Part shown: positions 26,144 through 39,839 of the stretch, piece by piece
Layout of the letters: each line of letters starts with the position of its first letter
Position numbering within the stretch: position 1 is the first letter of the stretch
Source of the DNA: Octopus vulgaris
Lineage: Eukaryota
Direction of reading: 5' to 3'
DNA length: 64,000 nt
Assembly (NCBI GenBank): GCA_951406725.2
Contig: OX597818.1
Span: 107,508,001-107,572,000, forward strand
Position numbers and translations under genes: made by a program
Notes under the pieces: generated by a model
The model's input: only the letters and a program-made list of their open reading frames with translations
Database searches by the model: none
What the model was told of the DNA's origin: nothing

Positions 26144-27509
26144 TGTATATTTGTGTGTATGGTGGGGGGGTGTATGTACATATAGAAAAATGGTTTTAGT
26201 AGCTCAAAATAAACAAGAGCATATAGCATAAGATATTAGTTTAACCCTGAAAGGAAGAAATGAATATCTTTTCCTTCTTTTTCAGACAGAGGCCCTTCTT
26301 CAAGTGCAGAAGAAAGAAAAGAAAAGAAGAGGAAAACGTTCCCTGGAAGGTATTGGAGATTTGATCAAAGTGACATGGTGTGGTGGGATGGAAGGGGATG
26401 GAAGAGGATGGAAAAAGGATTTGGTTTCACAATTAAAAGGTTTGTTGAAGGAGACATTGAGTGAGCCAGGGGTCGTTTAGCAAAGAGAAGTGGAAGTGTG
26501 TAGGGTGTTGGTGGGGAATCTGGGAAAAGATTCATTGTCCCGTGTGTGTGTGCAAGAGTGTGCATGTGTGTGTGTGTGCTTGTGTATGTATTTGCAAGTG
26601 TGTGTGTGTATGTTTGCAAGTGTGTGTGCGTGTGTATGTGTGCGTGTGTGTCTGTGTGTTTGTATATATGTACTTATGCATATATGTGTATGTGTTTGTG
26701 TGTACCCTTGTCTTGACACTTGACTACATGTGATGGCTGTAAGTAAGCACATTCTCACCCAAGTGATGTTGTTTCTTTCAAGACTTCCATGTGAAGCATA
26801 CCCGGCCATGAGAAATATTTCCTTGCTCGGAAAGAGATGAAGTTTGGTGACCGGAATGGCATCCAGCCATAATAAATCTACCACAAAAAATTCCATCTGA
26901 CCCATGCCAGCATGAAACAGTAGATGTTAAACATTGTAGATGAGGTTCATCATCATCATATATACATACATACATAGCGGATGGAAGTGAACTCATGGCT
27001 GAGAAACACCACTTCCAAAACGCAGTAAATTCATGCCAACATTCCAAGAATTCAAGAAGTTTCCTGTGTAAGATTTTATTTTGAGTGGATAAAATGTTCT
27101 GTGGCACTGAACGCAATTTTCTGGAGATGACCAAAAACCAGTTGTACTTCAGCCATTTTATAATATAAGTTTACCTTCACCTGGAAGGAAGTTCTAATGG
27201 GAACTCATGATTTTTCACCCTTAGTGGTTCACATGCTAATTATAACCCATAGCTGCAATCTTCATAAGTGCTACTATTCTAAGTCAGAGAAGACTTGAGA
27301 ACCATAATGTTTAAGTGATGGTTCCACATTCTTCAAACTATGCACAAAAACACACAGAATAGTCTCCAGATGTTACATAACTGAGGCAGCATTTAACTAT
27401 TAATGATACCTTACTTATATTGAACTACATATATATATATATGTGCAGTTGAATGCATAATTATATACATACGAACATGCATGCGTATGTATGCATGTGT
27501 GTGCATGCG

Positions 27510-27544
<35 letters not shown>

Positions 27545-29700
27545 ATGCAGTTGTGCCTATGCTGCTTTTTTAAGAATATTTCTGCACGTATTACAATTGA
27601 ACATGGCTGTTTGGTCTTAGAATAAATATTGAAGCTCCTTTCTGTTGTGAGTTAAATGAATTAATCAACAAATAAAAGAAAAACAGCTTTCTTTGAGGCC
27701 ATTAAATGTCTTTTCATTCTCATAATCTATATTCTTTCTTTCAAACAATAAATGTTCCACACTCAGCAGGTATAGATGCATATTTAATGCAGTGTTCTGC
27801 ATGTCATGTGGAGTAACATTATTTCTCAACAGTAATTAATAACTAATGTTTTATAGGTAGCCATGCCATTCTTTGCAAGAATTTAGCTTCATTTCAGTGG
27901 CTTTGTTGTATTTAAAAGCTTTTAAATATCATTGACTAACAGGAATCTGTGAACATACCTATTATTGGATTGATAATGTATTTTCAATTGTAAATAGTAA
28001 ATATCATTTTGGTACACTTATGAAACGTAAAAGAGTTTTGACAAAATAAAACATCTTTCATTTAACGTCAGAACAAAAATGATACCGCATGGTTTTAGCA
28101 GCAAAGTATTTGTGATAATGCGCATTGGCTTGTCATTATTACTGTTGCTGTCATTGTTATCATGAATTATTAGTATTATTATTAACTTTTTATTTAATTT
28201 CTAATCATGATCATATATTGAAAATATTTGTCTGAAGAATCCAGCTGATTTCATTTCCCCTTTTAACAAAATAATAATGGTAAATTTCAGTTTTATTTTA
28301 GTTGTATTTCAATTTAAATTTTCTGTTTGAGATATTTTCTCAATTTTGTTTTATTTGGATTTGGTTTTTGTTTGCAGTTTCTAATTTTTATCAGCAGAAA
28401 ATATAACTGATGTCAAACGAATAATTCTGAACTGCAATGTTTATTTGCAGTGATGAGAAATATAGAGTCAGAAGTATATTTTAAACTGCACAACATGGAT
28501 ATTATTCTGTTTTTAGAAGCAATTTGCAGTCGGGGTTTTATCAGAGTATTACGAAGGATTAATATTGCAATCATTGGTTTATCCAGTAAAGTTGAAGTCT
28601 TTGTCTTTCCCATTTGTGGCAGTAGATCCGAGATTAGTGTTTGGTAGAGTGCAGAGAACCATATCTACACTTGGTGGGCTTGCCAGTCTATTTGGCGCCT
28701 TCATGCTGATTCTTATATCTAACTGGCAGACAATTAGCTTTAAGTGGCTTTGTGAATGATTGTGTCTATCTGTGTAGGTGTATGTGTGCACATGTATGCA
28801 CATGTGTACAGTTCTTTGCCATATACAGGCTTTCATGCTGAAATACACACAAACTCTTGCATGCATGCACACATCACATGCAAGCATACAATCTTTGTTT
28901 CTTTCTTGTCTTTTTCTGCTACAACAGCATCGTTTCATAGGAAGAAATGCCACAATAATTACAAACTACTGTAACCAACACCCACCAATATAAGAATCAC
29001 AACAAAACAAAAACAACTTGAACAGTTATCACTCTCCAACTGAAACTCACCAACCATAAATTCAACCCTCCTCTCCACATCATCGAATTCCAGCAAGTCA
29101 GCATCACCAACATCTTAACAGCATTCACTAACACCACCTGCAGGTTCTGCAAGAAAACAATAACCAGCATCAGCAATGGCACTGGAAGCATCCCTTTCTC
29201 CAACCATCACCACCATCACCACCACCACCACCACCACCACCACCACCACCACCACTACAACAACCACCACAACCACCACCATCACCACCACCACCACTGC
29301 AATAAAAGCAGCTGCAACAGTTCTACTAATATCGCAGAAATCACAGTCTCAGTTGCTCTTTTTGTTCATTGTTATCTTAATCACCCTCCATCCACCATCA
29401 GTTCTTCACCCTTGCCATTATCAAAAAACTAATAACAACAGCTTCAGCAGCATTATCACAATTAATACTCTAATACAGTAGAGACAGGTGGAACGAACGG
29501 CTCTGACAGTTTATTTTTCTAAATTAAATTAATATATAATTTTTTTTTAAGCAACAAGATTATTTTGTTTAAACATTTTTTTAATGTAAACTCCCTATTT
29601 CTGTGCGTTTCACTTACTTTATTTTTTTGCTACCTCATCAGTTGGATAAAGCTTCAAATTACTTGTAGATAGCTTTTACACACACACACAGACACATTTA

Positions 29701-29752
<52 letters not shown>

Positions 29753-29778
29753 TGGGTGTTATGATTGTGTATAGAAGA

Positions 29779-30174
29779 ATATATTACTCAAAGAAATTCC
29801 ACCTATGACTTCCACGTGTTATTTACAATCTTATAATAATATAATAGAAGATAATATAATATAATGAAATGATAGAATTTCAAATGTCCATTCTGACTGA
29901 ACTAGTACTTTCATTGCATTAAATTATGCAATCTTCAGGCTCATATAGTAGTGATGACAGTAATTTTTTTACAAATTTACAACAGTTGTAAACTGTAAAG
30001 CATAACTGTCACCACTGCTACATGGACCTGAAGATTGCATAGTTTAATGCATGAAAGTACTAGTTCAATCAGAATGGACATTTAATATTCTATCATTTCA
30101 TTATATTATATTATTATAAGATTGTAAACAAAACATGAAAATCAGACAAAGATTAAATTTCTTTGAGTAATATA
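29779..30174. mobile_element. Fold-back element with an HHR motif on each arm
   Basis: Arms mirror around about 29983. Minus 29899-29942: GAGC-CUGAAGA-UUGCAU..AUGCAAU-GAAA-GUAC-UA-GUUC. Plus 30024-30066: GGAC-CUGAAGA-UUGCAU..AUGCAU-GAAA-GUAC-UA-GUUC. Confidence 0.8.
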
Positions 30175-30386
30175 TATATCCCTCATCGTTTGTTTTTACT
30201 GTTTTGTCCTCATTGTTCTGTCCTTTCCTGTTTTTACTTTTTTATTGTTTTTTCGTTGTTTGAAAAAAAGCTTGTTTCTATGTTTTTGTTTTCATGTTTT
30301 TCGTTTCTCATTGTGTTCAACGTTTTATTGACTGTATATATACATATATATGTAGGTATGTACATATATGTATGTATATATGCATA

Positions 30387-30447
<61 letters not shown>

Positions 30448-30451
<4 letters not shown>

Positions 30452-30625
30452 GGAATTAACAAGAAAAACAAAACAAAAGACGAAGGCAGGTGTGCAAACA
30501 ACAAACAGATGTATTAGTTTAATGCTCGGGAAGGTGAGAAAGTCTTTTATGTTTCGAGCCCATGCTCTTCAACAGAGAGGAACACAAATAAACAGAGAGC
30601 GAAAATAGAAAAGGTTTTGTGCAGG
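30448..30625 (-). mobile_element. Solo 3' end of the Neptune-type PLE family with HHR-like motif (30543-30580)
   Basis: Minus strand CUGUUGA-A-GAGC(AUGG)GCUC-GAAA-CA-UA-AAAGA; abuts (TA)n. Confidence 0.75.
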
Positions 30626-30687
30626 TAATAATCTAGTAGCTCTGCATTGGTACAACTTGGAAAAATATAGAAAAAAAGTGAAAACGG

Positions 30688-30885
30688 TACTTGCAACGAG
30701 GAGTAGAATATCCAATGTTTCAGATTCAATCCTTCGTCAGATGGCAGAGAAAAAGAGAAGAAAAAAAGAGAAAAAAGTCAAACAGAGTTTTTCAAGCTGA
30801 GATTGTTCGACTTTTTCTCTTTTTCTTCTCTTTTTCTCTGCCCCCTGACGAAGGATTGAATCTGAAGCTCCTCACAGCAAGTTCA
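30688..30885. mobile_element. Fold-back element with CUGACGA HHR-like motif on both arms
   Basis: Minus 30712-30744: CUGACGA-A-GGAU(UGA)AUCU-GAAA-CA-UU-GG. Plus 30845-30866: same motif, truncated. Purine and pyrimidine arms mirror each other. Confidence 0.65.
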
Positions 30886-30889
30886 CTGT

Positions 30890-31172
30890 ACTCCTATTGT
30901 TATGTATGGTGAGAGTCATTCTCTTTTAGTGTCTTATAATTTACCACACACACCAGTAAAATTTCCACTTATTTCTTTTTTACTTTTCTAAAATTTTCGT
31001 TGCGTCTTGCAACCTTTCCAATAGTTTTGACTCTCAAAACTATTGAAAAGGTTGCAAAACACAATGAAAATTTAAGAAAAACAAAAAAGAAACAAGTGGA
31101 AATTTTACTGGTGAGTGTGGTAAATTAAAAGGCACCAAAAGAGAATGACTCTTCCCAGACATAACGGAATAT
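30890..31172. mobile_element. Fold-back element with UUGAAGA-type HHR-like motif on both arms
   Basis: Arms mirror around about 31032. Consensus from both arms plus a solo copy at 50900-51025(-): CUA-UUGAAGA-G-GUUGC(AAGAC)GCAAC-GAAA-AU-UU-UAG. Confidence 0.65.
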
Positions 31173-31225
31173 GCTTCAAGCACACAAATTCACATAAAGA
31201 ATCTTGCAAACCAAATCCAATAAGG

Positions 31226-31257
<32 letters not shown>

Positions 31258-31411
31258 TTCAGCAAAATAATTTAGATTCAAATGAATATGGTACTTAACT
31301 TAGATGCACCAGAATTTTTTATGGTATTACCCATAAAATTATGTGGGGTAATTATAACCAAAAAATAAGCAACAAGAATTACCGGATCCATTCTTGTTGC
31401 TTATTTTTCTG

Positions 31412-31447
<36 letters not shown>

Positions 31448-31564
31448 ATGTATGTATGTATGTATGTATGTATACATATATGTGTATATATATATATGTG
31501 AGTGTGTATATATATATATATATATATACACACACAAAAGTTACGAATTGGAGTAGATAAAATC

Positions 31565-31651
31565 TAAACCACATATGTTTCATAGTAAGTGGAACCTCAG
31601 AAGTGGTAATATCCAAGTGAGGTGTACACAACCTGCTACTCTTCAGGCCAA
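31565..31651 (-). ncRNA. HHR-like motif with long stem II, probably decayed
   Basis: UUGGC-CUGAAGA-GUAG...ACCUCA..UGAGGU...CUAU-GAAA-C-AUAU-G-UG-GUUUA; palindromic CAUAUG; G at the cleavage position is non-canonical. Confidence 0.55.
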
Positions 31652-32751
31652 GGATATCTTGATTAGATTAAAGGTTACATTGTTGCAAGGAAGCACTTAT
31701 TGATGTAAGGAAGATTTAATATCTATTTGAAAGTCTATAAGAATTACTTAATTCAATTTTGAAGTGTAAAGGTGATTTAAAAAAATAATATTTTCTAGAA
31801 AAATGTAACGAAATCTTTTATCAGGATGTTACTCTCTTTTCTCTTTACTCTTTTACTTGTTTCAGTCATTTTGACTGCGGCCAAGCTGGAGCACCGCCTT
31901 TAGTCAAGCACATCGACCCCAGGACTTATTCTTTGTAAGCCTAGTACTTATTCTATCAGTCACTTTTGCTGAACTGCTAAGTTATGGGGACATAAACACA
32001 CCACCATCGGTTGTCAAGCAATGTTGGGGGACAAACACAGACACACAAACATACACACACATGTACATATATATATATATATCATCATCATCATCGTTTA
32101 ACGTATATATCATCATCATCATCATCGTTTAACATATATATATATATATATATATATACATACATATATATGACGGGCTTCTTTCAGTTTCCGTCTACCA
32201 AATCCACTTTAAGGCTTTGGTTGGCCTGAGGCTATAGTAGAAGACACTTGCCCAAGGTGCCACGCAGTGGGAATGAACCCAGAACCATGTGGTTGGTAAA
32301 CAAGCTACTTACCACACAGCCACTCCTGCACCTGTAAGTAAACATATTTGGGAAAACTTTTTTCTGGTATATATATATATGTATGTTTGTACATGGTAAA
32401 TGAGAGATGGAAGTTGGAAGATACAAAAATTTTTATTAATCACTACAATTATTTTGACACACAGGCACAGGCATGGCTGTGTGGTAAAAAGTTTGGTTCC
32501 CAACCACATGGTTCTAGGTTCAGTTCCACTGCATGTCACCTTGGGCAAGTGTCTTCTGCTATAACTCTGGGCCAACCAAAGCCTTATAAATGGATTTGGT
32601 AGACGGAAACTGAAAGAAACCCATCATGTGTGTGTGTGTGTGTTTTCCCCCACCATCACTTGACACCGATGATGGTGTGTTTATGTTCATGTAAAGTAGC
32701 AGTTTGACAATAAAGACTGATAAAATAATAATAAGAATAATAATAATAGTA

Positions 32752-32791
<40 letters not shown>

Positions 32792-32821
32792 TAATAATAA
32801 TAATAATAATATTAATAATAA

Positions 32822-33209
32822 TAGAAGAAAAAAAATGCTTTCTAATTGATGTATCAATACCGGCTGATGACAACGTGTCTCTAAAAGAAATGGAGAAACT
32901 CTCAAAAATACAAAGACCTGGAAATAGAGGTAACTAGAATGTGGAACCTGAAAACAGAAACAATTCCTATCATAGTAGGTGCATTAGGCATGATAAAAAA
33001 ATATTCAGACAAATACATAACAAAAACACCAGGACTTACAAACACATATAACATACAGAAAATTGCACTACTAGGCACTGCACACATCCTACGCAGAACA
33101 CTTTCCATACAATAACCATCAGAGCATCACAACAAATCACAGCACATACCCAAGGCACACAGAGCTGCGCTCGGTAGTGAAGTGAAAGCACGCTATAAAA
33201 ATAAAACTA

Positions 33210-33213
<4 letters not shown>
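32822..33213 (+). mobile_element. 3' end of R4/Dong-type non-LTR element inserted in (TAA)n
   Basis: CFLIDVSIPADDNVSLKEMEKLSK, then after a frameshift YKDLEIEVTRMWNLKTETIPIIVGALG...IQKIALLGTAHILRRTLS*; (TAA)n on both sides. Confidence 0.85.
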
Positions 33214-33273
<60 letters not shown>

Positions 33274-33306
33274 GTCACTTTGATGGCATGAACTGCTCTC
33301 TCACTC

Positions 33307-33359
<53 letters not shown>

Positions 33360-33375
33360 CAACAACAACAACAAC

Positions 33376-33557
33376 ATCGAAAAATATCTTAGTAATGAGA
33401 ACCCAGGTTCGAAATTTCCCCAAGACACCTGATGAAGGCTGAAGGGTATATCAGCTGAAACATTGTATTAACAACAAACAAGATGAGGACAAATCTCCAT
33501 CAAATGTAAATAATGTAAATAATGTACATAATTCCTCATCTCTTAAATATAGAACTG
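33376..33557 (+). mobile_element. ~180-bp module with HHR motif (33424-33468); second copy at 52625-52806
   Basis: GACAC-CUGAUGA-A-GGCUGA(AGGGUAUA)UCAGCU-GAAA-CA-UU-GUAUU; both copies follow (TAA)n-rich tracts. Confidence 0.7.
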
Positions 33558-33574
33558 TATGTATGTGTGATGAT

Positions 33575-33810
33575 GCATGGCCTATTGGTTAGGGGATTCA
33601 GCTGATGATTGTAGAGTTTTGAGTTCGATTCCTGTTGGAACATTTTATCCTTGAGCAAGACACTTTATTTCACCTGGCTCTAGTCCACTCAGCTGGCAAA
33701 AATGAGTTGTACCTGTATTTCAAATGGCCATCCTTGTCACATTCTGTGCGATGCTGAATCTGCCTGAGGGTACATGGGTTCTTTGGAGTACTCAGCCACT
33801 TTACACATGA
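33575..33810 (+). mobile_element. SINE family E (tRNA-like head, CCTTGAGCAAGACACTT core)
   Basis: TGGCCTATTGGTTAGG...GAGTTCGATTCC; related copies near 25010-25265, 35455-35735 and 20412-20640. Confidence 0.65.
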
Positions 33811-35954
33811 ACTTCCCCAGCAGGCTCTTCCATTGCTCCCAGCCACTGGAGCATTCATCATCATAACCAACAGATTGCCAATTACAGTATGTAAGGTTAA
33901 ATGTGTGTACGTCTGGAGGCCTCTCCGTAGTGTTCACAGCCACAGATACCCTTATTGGTTTGTGCGCATGGCTGACGATGTCTGACGGCCCTTATCTATA
34001 TATGACAGATAATATGATATATATTTGTGTGTGTATGTGTATTTGTAAATATATTTGTATTTATGTGTATGTTTGTGTGTATGTATGTTATGTTATGTAC
34101 ATATACTTGTTTCTGTTGTGTTATGACTACGTGTGTTTAGGTATTTCTATTAATATGAGTATGTGTGTGTGTGTGGGGGGAGCTGTGCACATGTGAGAGA
34201 GAGAGGTAGAGGGGAGAGAGAAACGTTTTGATTGAATTAGGGAGTATATGAGTTGACTAGATCTATGTGTGTGTATGATGCATCACTCTTCAAAGTGTGT
34301 TTGTATATGAGTCTGAAAGAAGACGGTGCAGGAGAGATTAAGAGAGAGAATATGATACCATGATTATGTGTGCATAGATGGATATAGGTGTGTATGTGTG
34401 GCAGTGTAAAAATTGATGTACAGGAGTCTGTTAGCATATGTAATTGCACCTAAATATGCACTGCATGTGTGCATGTCTGTGCATTTAAGTGAATGCATAC
34501 ATTGATGTGTGTGGATGTATGTGTATGCATCAGAACAGTTTTCAATTAATAATTCTAAACCGAAATTCCCATCAGATTACCAACAAGTTCTTGTGTGAAC
34601 AAGAATTCTTGACTCTTAAAATTACATTCCTTTCTGTGAATGTTTCTTTTTTCTTTCTTCTGTTATTACTCGCTTGTTGAAAATGACTACCCCCAACATG
34701 ATACTCAACCAATACTAATACCACCCATGACCAACCCACACGATCCACGCTAAATTAAACTACTATTTTTAACCTTCTTCCCATCTGTACTTTTGAGGTT
34801 TCAATTTATGAAACAATTGCGATTCATTTATTTATTTGTTTGTGTTGCCATACGACATATTGAATAAGAGGCAACAGATTCTCTATATATTTAATAACTA
34901 CTAGTGCTTGCCAAGGTGGTGGCGGCGGTGGCGGTGGTGAGGGAGCCATTGTGTGTAGTTTTTGCTTGGAATGGAAACTGATCATAAGTAAACAATTCCG
35001 AAAACTAAATACTTTCTGGATGCTGTCATCACAATATTGATTTCTAACATTGGCAAAGACCATGAAGCATTGTCAGAGGGGAGTGCCATCAATTTAAATA
35101 ACCCCCATTATTTAGCTGGTACTTATTCTATTAATCTTTGAAAAGAGGAAGGCTAAAAGGTAAGGTGACTGTTGAAACGGTAGGGATATATGCAGCAATC
35201 TTTTATTCTATCCTAGTTATTATCAACATAATCTTTTCTACTCTAGGAACAAGGCCCGAAATTTTGGGGGAGGGGGCCAGTCAATCAGATCGATCCCAGT
35301 ATGCAACAGGTACTTATTTTATCAACCCCAAAAGGATAAAAGGCAAAGTTAACCTCAGCGGAATTTGAACTCAGAATTTGACAGACGAAATATCACAAAG
35401 CATTTCGCCCGGCATGCTAACGTTTCTGCCAGCTTGCTGCCTTATCATCATAATGTGAATCCTAGTGATAAGGATGCTGCACTCATGATTGCTAGATCAT
35501 GAGTTCGATTCCCAGTTTGGACAGACCGTTGTCTGTTTGAGCAAAACACTTCATGTCGCATTTCACTCCACTCAGCTGTGATGGATTACCCTTCAGATCA
35601 GGGACGATGTTGGCTTATTTGCTCAGCCAGCTGTTGAGTGGCTTCATTTCAAGGCTAAAACAATGGGAAATGTATTGTGAACAGCGATGTATAACAATAT
35701 CTGGCAGTCTGGTTGATACTGTGTTACCGTGAATATCATAATAATGCAACCCTTGTCTGACTTTGAATGGTTGGAAAGAATGGAATCAGAAGGATTGTTA
35801 TCTAATTATTTGTTCCTGCAATAGAGGTGCTGGTGGGGGTAAAAGTAATATTTTGAAAGTATTTAATACGCATGTTTCAGGTTTACAGAATATATAATAG
35901 GAAATGCATCCAGTATGTAAGACCATCTTCAGTTAAAACATCTTAATCATAATC

Positions 35955-36665
35955 ATCATCATTTAGCATCTGCTTTCCATGCAGGCATGGGTTGGATGGT
36001 TTGACTGAAAATTGGTAAGCCAGGTAGCTGCACCAGGTTCCGATCTGATTTGGCAATGTTTCTAATATTGGATGCCCTTCCTAACACCAACCACTCCAAG
36101 AATGTAGTGGGTGTTTCTTTACATGCCACGGGTGCCATTGACCTGACACTGGCATTAGCCTCACTTGGCTTGACAAGTCTACACAAGCACGGTATATTGC
36201 CGAAGGTCTCGGTCACCTGTCACTGCCTCCATGAGACCCAGTGCTCTAATGGTGCTTTTTACGTCACACCAACATGGGTGCTAATCAGATGACATTGGCA
36301 CCAGCCACATCTACGGTCTCATTCAGCTCAACAGATCTTCACAAGCACAGCATATCGCCCAATGTTTGAAGGGTGCTTTAAAAGGCCACTTACACAGCAC
36401 TGGCATCAGCCACAGCTATGATTTCCCTCAGCTTGACAAGTCTTCTCAAGCACAGCATATTGCCAAGGTCTTGGTCAGTAGTCATTGCCTCCAAGAGGCC
36501 CAACATTCAGAGATTGTACCTCACTACCTCATCCCATGTCATCCTGAGTCTACCTCTTCCACAGGTTCCTGCCAATGTTAGAGTGCAACAATTCTTCACA
36601 CAACTGTCCTTGTCCATATGCATGACCTGACCATACCAGTGAAGTCGTCTCTCTTGCACACCACT
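35955..36665 (-). mobile_element. RTE-clade LINE 3' fragment continuous with a family C tail
   Basis: Minus translation VQERRLHWYGQVMHMD...GTCGRGRLRMTWDEVV matches the RTE ORF2 C-terminus RLxWxGHVxRM...GxRxRGRPxxTW; followed by family C sequence and (GAT)n. Confidence 0.75.
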
Positions 36666-37646
36666 GTCTCACACATATATGATGGGCTTCTTTTCAGTTT
36701 CCATCTACCAAATCCACTCACAAGGTTTTGGTTAGTCCAAGGCTATAGTAGAAGACACTTGGCTGAGGTGCTGCACAGTGGGACTGAACCCAAAACCATG
36801 TGGCTGGGAAGCAAGCATCTTACCACACAGCCATGCCTACACCTAATATTTACTTATGTTATTCAACATTATTATGACCCTAATTCTAACCCTAATCAAA
36901 TCCAAAGAGAAGCAGATAATACATCACTGTCAAGTTGTAAAAGTTACTGCCAGGAAACATTTTGGTAAGCTTGGTTGCTATGAACCAGAAAGAATCTTTA
37001 AAAAACCTTGGTTCTAAAATATAGAACAGTATCAGGAAACGTTGATAAACTATCCCAACATGGTACCCTGCCTTGAAATGGTCAGAAACAAATGGACTCA
37101 CCTACTAAAAGAGTAAATTTTTATGAGAATGTAGTGGTGAACCAAATAACCTTGCAGGGTAACAACACTCACAGAGTATTTAAATAATAAACAACAGCAT
37201 TGCTTTGACAAACCAAAGATAATAAAAAGTTGCAGGAGCTGTCACAATTTTACAATGATCAACTTGGACAATTATGAAAGAATGGTTCAGACCAATTCTC
37301 TCTGATTTCTTCATAATGAGAGTTAACACTCAATTGATAAAATGGTGTGAAAATTCATTCCGAAACAAATGAATGTCACAATGCTGTTTCCTCAAACAGA
37401 AACACTTTGGAGAGAAACTAATACTTCAAGGTTGATAGTGGTGCCAAGGATATTTTTGATGTCTATCTGTGATGACAGAGAAGTTAAAGAAATTAAATGG
37501 TGGCGGTGGTGGTGGTTGCGGTGTTGGTAGCAGTGATGGTGGTGGAGGTGGTGGCAGTGGCAGTGGTGGTGGCGGTGTTTTTGTTGTTGTTGTTGGTGGT
37601 GGTTGCGGTGGTGGTAGCAGTGATGGTGATGGTGGTGGCAGTGGTG

Positions 37647-37678
<32 letters not shown>

Positions 37679-39785
37679 GGTAATGCTGTAATATCAGAAA
37701 AAGTGTTGGAGTTGCTGGAGAGGCCAGAGGAAGTAGAGGTGGAGAGACACTACAGACGAGTGTAGTAAGGGCTGTGGAAATATTCCTCCAGTAGAGTATT
37801 TTTATGTTACTATAACATTCGTTCAGATTCCATTCATCGTTGGATTAGGATAGTCTAGTGGATTTATCTCATAAAGTTTTTTAGAATATCTCGATGATTA
37901 AGAACGAACTTGCCAGGAACTCTTGAGACATTTTCTCTTCTCAGTTAAAAAGATACAACTAAGTTGATGCCTGTGTTTTTTTGAGAATTGTAAGAATGAG
38001 TGTGTCTTAAGTTATCACTTCTGCAAATCAGTTTCCAAGCCCTCAATTTAGGGTCCCACCTCACTAGTGTCAACTATATTATCTTTCCTCATACCAACAC
38101 TAACATTAATTAATCATTCAGCATTCAGGTTTCTCTGTCAAAGGTAAATACTTGTCTATTTACATTGTTTGAATTTCAATCATGGATCATTTTTCATCCT
38201 TGAAATTTATATGTTCGATGATCATTAAAGTCCAATGACCTCTACAGTACCCAGCATTCAAATTGGTTTTCTCTTCCTCGGTTAATCAGAAACATAGATT
38301 GCCATGCTAACTCATAAACCTTCTTGGCAGTTCAATTATTTGGTGAAAAAAATATCACCAAAGCAACTTAAACGGTCCAAAGGACAGGTGCATTTGCTAG
38401 TCTTAAATAAAGGCTAGATAATGTAAGTAATGATGAACAAAAAGTCAGAGGGGTCACAGCTGAAGCAGTTTTCCTTGATCCAGTCTGAATAGCATTAAAC
38501 AACAACAATTCCAACGACAACAACAACAATAACAACAACCAGATACTGTTTCTGAATGTCTGCTACCATTTAATCAATTGTAACATTGTCCGTTGTTAGT
38601 GTCCCTTTTTCCCCATGAATTCCCCTATCAATGACTGCTGTCTGATAGAGTTCTTATCAACAGTTCATCTCATATTCCATACTCAATATCCACACTCCCT
38701 CCCTCCCTCAGAACCACAGAATCAACCAGCATTGAAAAATCTCAGTTACAAATATGGCATTTATTCTCTAATATCAACCAATATTCTTGTTTATCATTTA
38801 CCATTCAACATGCAATGAACATGATCTAAACATTTCTTTCTTTCTTGTCAGAAATTCTTAACAAAACATTTTACTAATAAACTCACAAAACTCAGTCTTC
38901 CTTTCTCTCTGCTTCATTCCTTTCCATTCTTGCATGATTCTTGTATAGCAGTTTCAAATTTTGGTACAAGGCCAGCAATTTTGGAGGAGTGGGTAAGTGA
39001 ATTACATCGGCCCCAGTGCTTAACTGGTACTTATTTTATTGACCCCAAAAGAATGAAAGGCAAAGTTGAGCTTGGCAGAATTTGAACTCAGAACATAAAG
39101 ACAGACAAAATACTGTTGAGCATTTTTTTCTGGCTTGCTAATGATTCGACCATCTTGCCACCTTACAATTCCTGTATATTATTTGCCATTTCTCATACAT
39201 ACTTCTTCTTGTTTGTTTTTTTTTCCCTTTAAATTCTTAAATCTTTCCATGTCTTACATGGTTCCTTCTGTTTCTTGTAGTTCCTATTATCGTTATTTGA
39301 CATCATTGCCAACTGATGTGAAAACTTTTATTTCTATTCAATATTTCTTTAACATTTTACTTTCTTTTACCATAACCTAACATTTAAAAATGCCACTCAC
39401 TTGTGCACACCATACATCACCACCACCGCCACTACCACATACATAAACACTTATATCCACATGCAAAAAAAAAAAACAAACAAACAAACAAACAAACAAA
39501 CAAAAACAAAGCAACTGCATATTTCAAATGCAAAGAAAAGACAATTAGGAAATAATAAGAAAATAATGCCCTTTGTATTCAAGATAGAGGAGTCCTATCA
39601 TCAGAAGAATGCAGGAATTAAATTAACCGTAAAATAACCACTTCTTGCAAACATTTTCCCCTCATTACAACAAAAGCAAAAATAAATCCAAAATGAAATA
39701 TTTCTTTCATATAAAATGACAAAATGAAATATTTAGCTGTAATATGATACCACTGCATTGAAATAAATTTAAGAAACTACTACTA

Positions 39786-39839
<54 letters not shown>

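Noticed and set aside
37469-37765. Gly-rich ORF
   Set aside because: GGT/GTT microsatellite translation
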